Shown: one piece after another, positions 39,395 to 42,508 of the stretch
Numbering within the stretch: position 1 is the stretch's first letter
How the letters are laid out: each line of letters opens with the position of its first letter
Origin: Eledone cirrhosa
Lineage: Eukaryota
Assembly (NCBI GenBank): GCA_964016885.1
Contig: CAXHJY010001434.1
Coordinates: 1-42,508 of the forward strand
Direction of reading: 5' to 3'
DNA: 42,508 nt
The notes under the pieces: model-generated
Database searches by the model: none
Told to the model about the DNA's origin: nothing
What the model saw: the letters and a program-made list of their open reading frames with translations, nothing else
Made by a program: the position numbers and the translations under genes

Positions 39395-40010
39395 GTCAGG
39401 TCACCAGTGGTGCTACTGGTAACATGTATCCCAGTACAACCTGTCTCATGGTCGGGTCGTTGGCGACTAAACTGGCAACCCCACCAAGGTTCCTTGGTGA
39501 GGAGGGTGACTTTGGACATCCTGCAGGACTAAAAACAAAACCTGTCAAAGGGCAAAGGAGCTCTTAAGAGTCAATGGCCATCCAAAATCACCGGGAGAGA
39601 TGACCCCTTAGCCTTTGTCAAGGCAGAATTCTAGGAGAAGGAAAACTCTGATATAACACCTGCAACTCTGATGGTATCCAATGATGTTGACATGTTCTTC
39701 TTTTTGGTAAATATCATCTTGGTTAAGAGAGTGGGACTGGCTTTGTGCAGTGCCTTTGCTCACTATAAAAGCTTCACGGCACAGGCATTGCTTTATATCT
39801 GGAGATCTCTCTACACTTGCCATCACATGGTACCATGGGCCCAGCACTATGTGTCAATAATTGTCACAAGTGTAGTGTTTGTACCAGAGTTTTCAAGTCG
39901 CTGGCCTGACTAAAAAGTCACACTTGTTTAGCGCATCAGTAGGGGTTCTCCTACATGGATATAAAGTAGTGGCCGTACTCGAAAACGAGTTGGCAGCCAC
40001 CATATATATG

Positions 40011-40043
<33 letters not shown>

Positions 40044-40045
<2 letters not shown>

Positions 40046-42508
40046 TAGCGACCTCATAGTCAGGACGAGACGTACTCGACAACAGAAGAGGACTATCCTC
40101 AGGAGGAAAATATGGAAGCTAAAGGACCCCACAGCCAGGAATAAATTTCAAAGCATATTACTTGATGCTTTCGACAGTAAGGAAGAACATTTAGAGTCGG
40201 ACAATATAGAGGGAGAGTGGGAATTTCTGAAAGCAAACCTGCTGTTGGCGACAGACGAGGTCTGTGGCTGGAGCAGGCCTGTAGGCAGGAGGAGAGTAAC
40301 ATGGTGGTGGAACAGTAAGGTGGAGGGGTCAATTAAGGCCAAAAAGCAGGCTTGGAAAGTATGGCGGGATGGGGGAAGTAGAGAGGACTATCAAGTGGCC
40401 AGGAGGGAAGCTAGGAGACAAGTGTACTTAGCAAGAAGGGAAGCTGAGGAAAGAAAGTTCAAGTATGTTCTACAACGCGATGACCAAAAACGTGAGGTGT
40501 TCAGGATTGCTAGGCAATGCGTCAAGGAAAACCGTGATATTGTCGGGGAGAAGTGTGTACTAAACGACGATGGCACACTTGCCATCACCGACGCTGATAA
40601 GAAGGTAGCTTGGAAGTGTCACTATGAAAGGCTTCTAAATGAGGAGAATAATTGGGAGAAAGGCAGTCTCTCCCATATCGACCCAATAGAGGGACCAGCA
40701 GTGTTAGTCGAGGGGAGTATAATAAGTAAGGCAATCAAGGATATGAAGACTGGTAAGGCGGCTGGGCCTTCGGAAATAGTTGCTGAGATGCTGAAGGCAT
40801 CTGGCACGGTGGGACACACCATGGTCACCCGCATAGTTAACCAAGTCGTACAGAACGGGGTTGTTCCGAAGGACTGGCATAGCAGCATCATCGTTAACTG
40901 TTATAAGGGTAAAGGAGACGCCCTAGATAGGAGTAACTATAGAGGCATTAAATTAATCGACCAGGTCATGAAGGTCACGGAAAGAGTAATAGCGCAACTA
41001 ATCAGAGAGAGAATTGACCTAGATGAAATGCAGTTCGGGTTTGTGTCAGGCAAAAGTACCACAGACGCTCTTTTCATAGTACGACAACTACAGGAGAAGT
41101 ACCTAGCTAAAGGTAAACCCCTCTACTTAGCTTTTGTCGACTTGGAGAAAGCCTTCGACAGAGTCCCCCGCTCCATTATCTGGTGGGCTCTTAGAAAACT
41201 AGGCGTTGACGAATGGCTTGTGAGGGCTATACAAGCCATGTATAAAGAAACAGTCAGCAAGGTTAGAATTAACAACGAATATAGTGAAGAGTTTAGCGTA
41301 AAAGTCGGCGTCCATCAGGGCTCTGTTCTCAGTCCACTACTATTTATTATTGCCCTTCAGGCTATAACAGAGGAGTTCAAGACAGGCTGCCCATGGGAAC
41401 TCCTATACGCAGACGACCTGACACTCATAGCGGAATCAATGGCCGAGCTAGAGAAGAAATTCCAAACATGGAAGCACGGCCTAGAGTCAAAAGGACTTAA
41501 AATTAACCTGGCTAAGACCAAAGTACTAGTTTGTAGGAAAGAAAACAAGGCGGCGGTCCCTTCTGGGAAATGGTCGTGCTCGGTGTGTAGGAAAGGCGTA
41601 GGTAGAAACTCCATTTTATGTCCTAAATGCAAAGTATGGGTGCATAAAAGATGTAGTGGGATCACAGGTAAGCTAACTAAGAACATAGATTTTACATGTG
41701 GCCGGTGCTCTGGTGCAATAAGTAGCAGCAAGTGCCCACAAACTACTAGCTCTTTCGATTGCGCAGAGGGTTCTATAGAAATAGTGGACAGCTTCCGTTA
41801 CCTGGGCGATAAAATCAGCAGTGGGGGAGGGTGCTCTGAAAGTACTGTAGCTAGAGTCAGAACTGGTTGGAAAAAGTTCAGAGAGCTTATACCACTATTA
41901 GCTGCTAAAGGGTTCTCACTAAAAATGAAAGGCAGGTTGTACGATGCCTGCATACGAACAGCAATGCTGCATGGCAGTGAGACCTGGGCATTGTGTGCAG
42001 AGGATATACGCAGACTAGAGAGGAACGAAGCTTGCATGCTCCGCTGGATGTGTAACAGTAATATACGTGAACGGCAAAGCATAAACGAACTAAGGAATAA
42101 ATTAGAGATAAGAGGGATCAGATGTTGTTTACTCGAGAGAAGGCTACGTTGGTATGGACACGTGATGCGCATGAAAGTCGATAGCTGTATAACAAAGTGC
42201 AGGGCAATAAAGATAGACGGTAGTCACGGAATAGGCAGACCTAGAAAAACCTGGGACGAGCTGATAAACTCCGACATCACACACTTACACCTCTCCAAGA
42301 CAATGTCACTGGACCGAGACCTTTGGCGGTACTCAGTAACAGAGAAGACCCGCCTTACCTAAATATATAGTAAAACCTACTCCAGCCAGTAGGCATCTCT
42401 AACAAAATACACCCCGTCCCACCACCCCCACCCCCACCCGATCCACACCACCCCGTTCTATGTAAAGTTATGTTGGTGCCGCGCCATCGAGGCCGAAACA
42501 AATGAGAT
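40044..42508 (+). mobile_element. RTE family A copy 6. 5'-truncated at the end of the endonuclease; frame open to the stop at 42362; the 3' UTR runs off the window
   Basis: Real part of ORF 39879-42362 starts at [10 protein letters not shown]; all RT motifs and the PHD-type finger are intact. Confidence 0.96.

Overview
AT-rich eukaryotic (animal) genomic DNA. The repeat content resembles cephalopod/octopus DNA, but that is inference only. About a third of the window is interrupted (TA)n microsatellite, which produces all the spurious Y/I/H/T ORFs. Embedded in these arrays are: (i) six 5'-truncated copies and two tiny 3' stubs of one young RTE-clade LINE family (family A); (ii) one apparently full-length RTE of a sister family (family B, 22490-26808) with an intact 1039-aa APE-endonuclease/RT ORF; (iii) two 5'-truncated Penelope-like elements encoding GIY-YIG endonucleases; (iv) several short non-coding islands; (v) a tRNA-derived SINE head. 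There are also old RTE relics and one probable host coding exon (14346-15170, minus strand). Two things stand out. First, most non-RTE islands between the TA arrays carry a type I hammerhead ribozyme motif with a palindromic stem III: five have canonical cores and four have variant or degenerate cores. One of them lies in a 467-bp tandem, retrozyme-like unit. Second, both RTE families carry a C4HC3 PHD-type finger inserted in the C-terminal part of the reverse transcriptase. All RNA structures were folded by eye and no database search was run.
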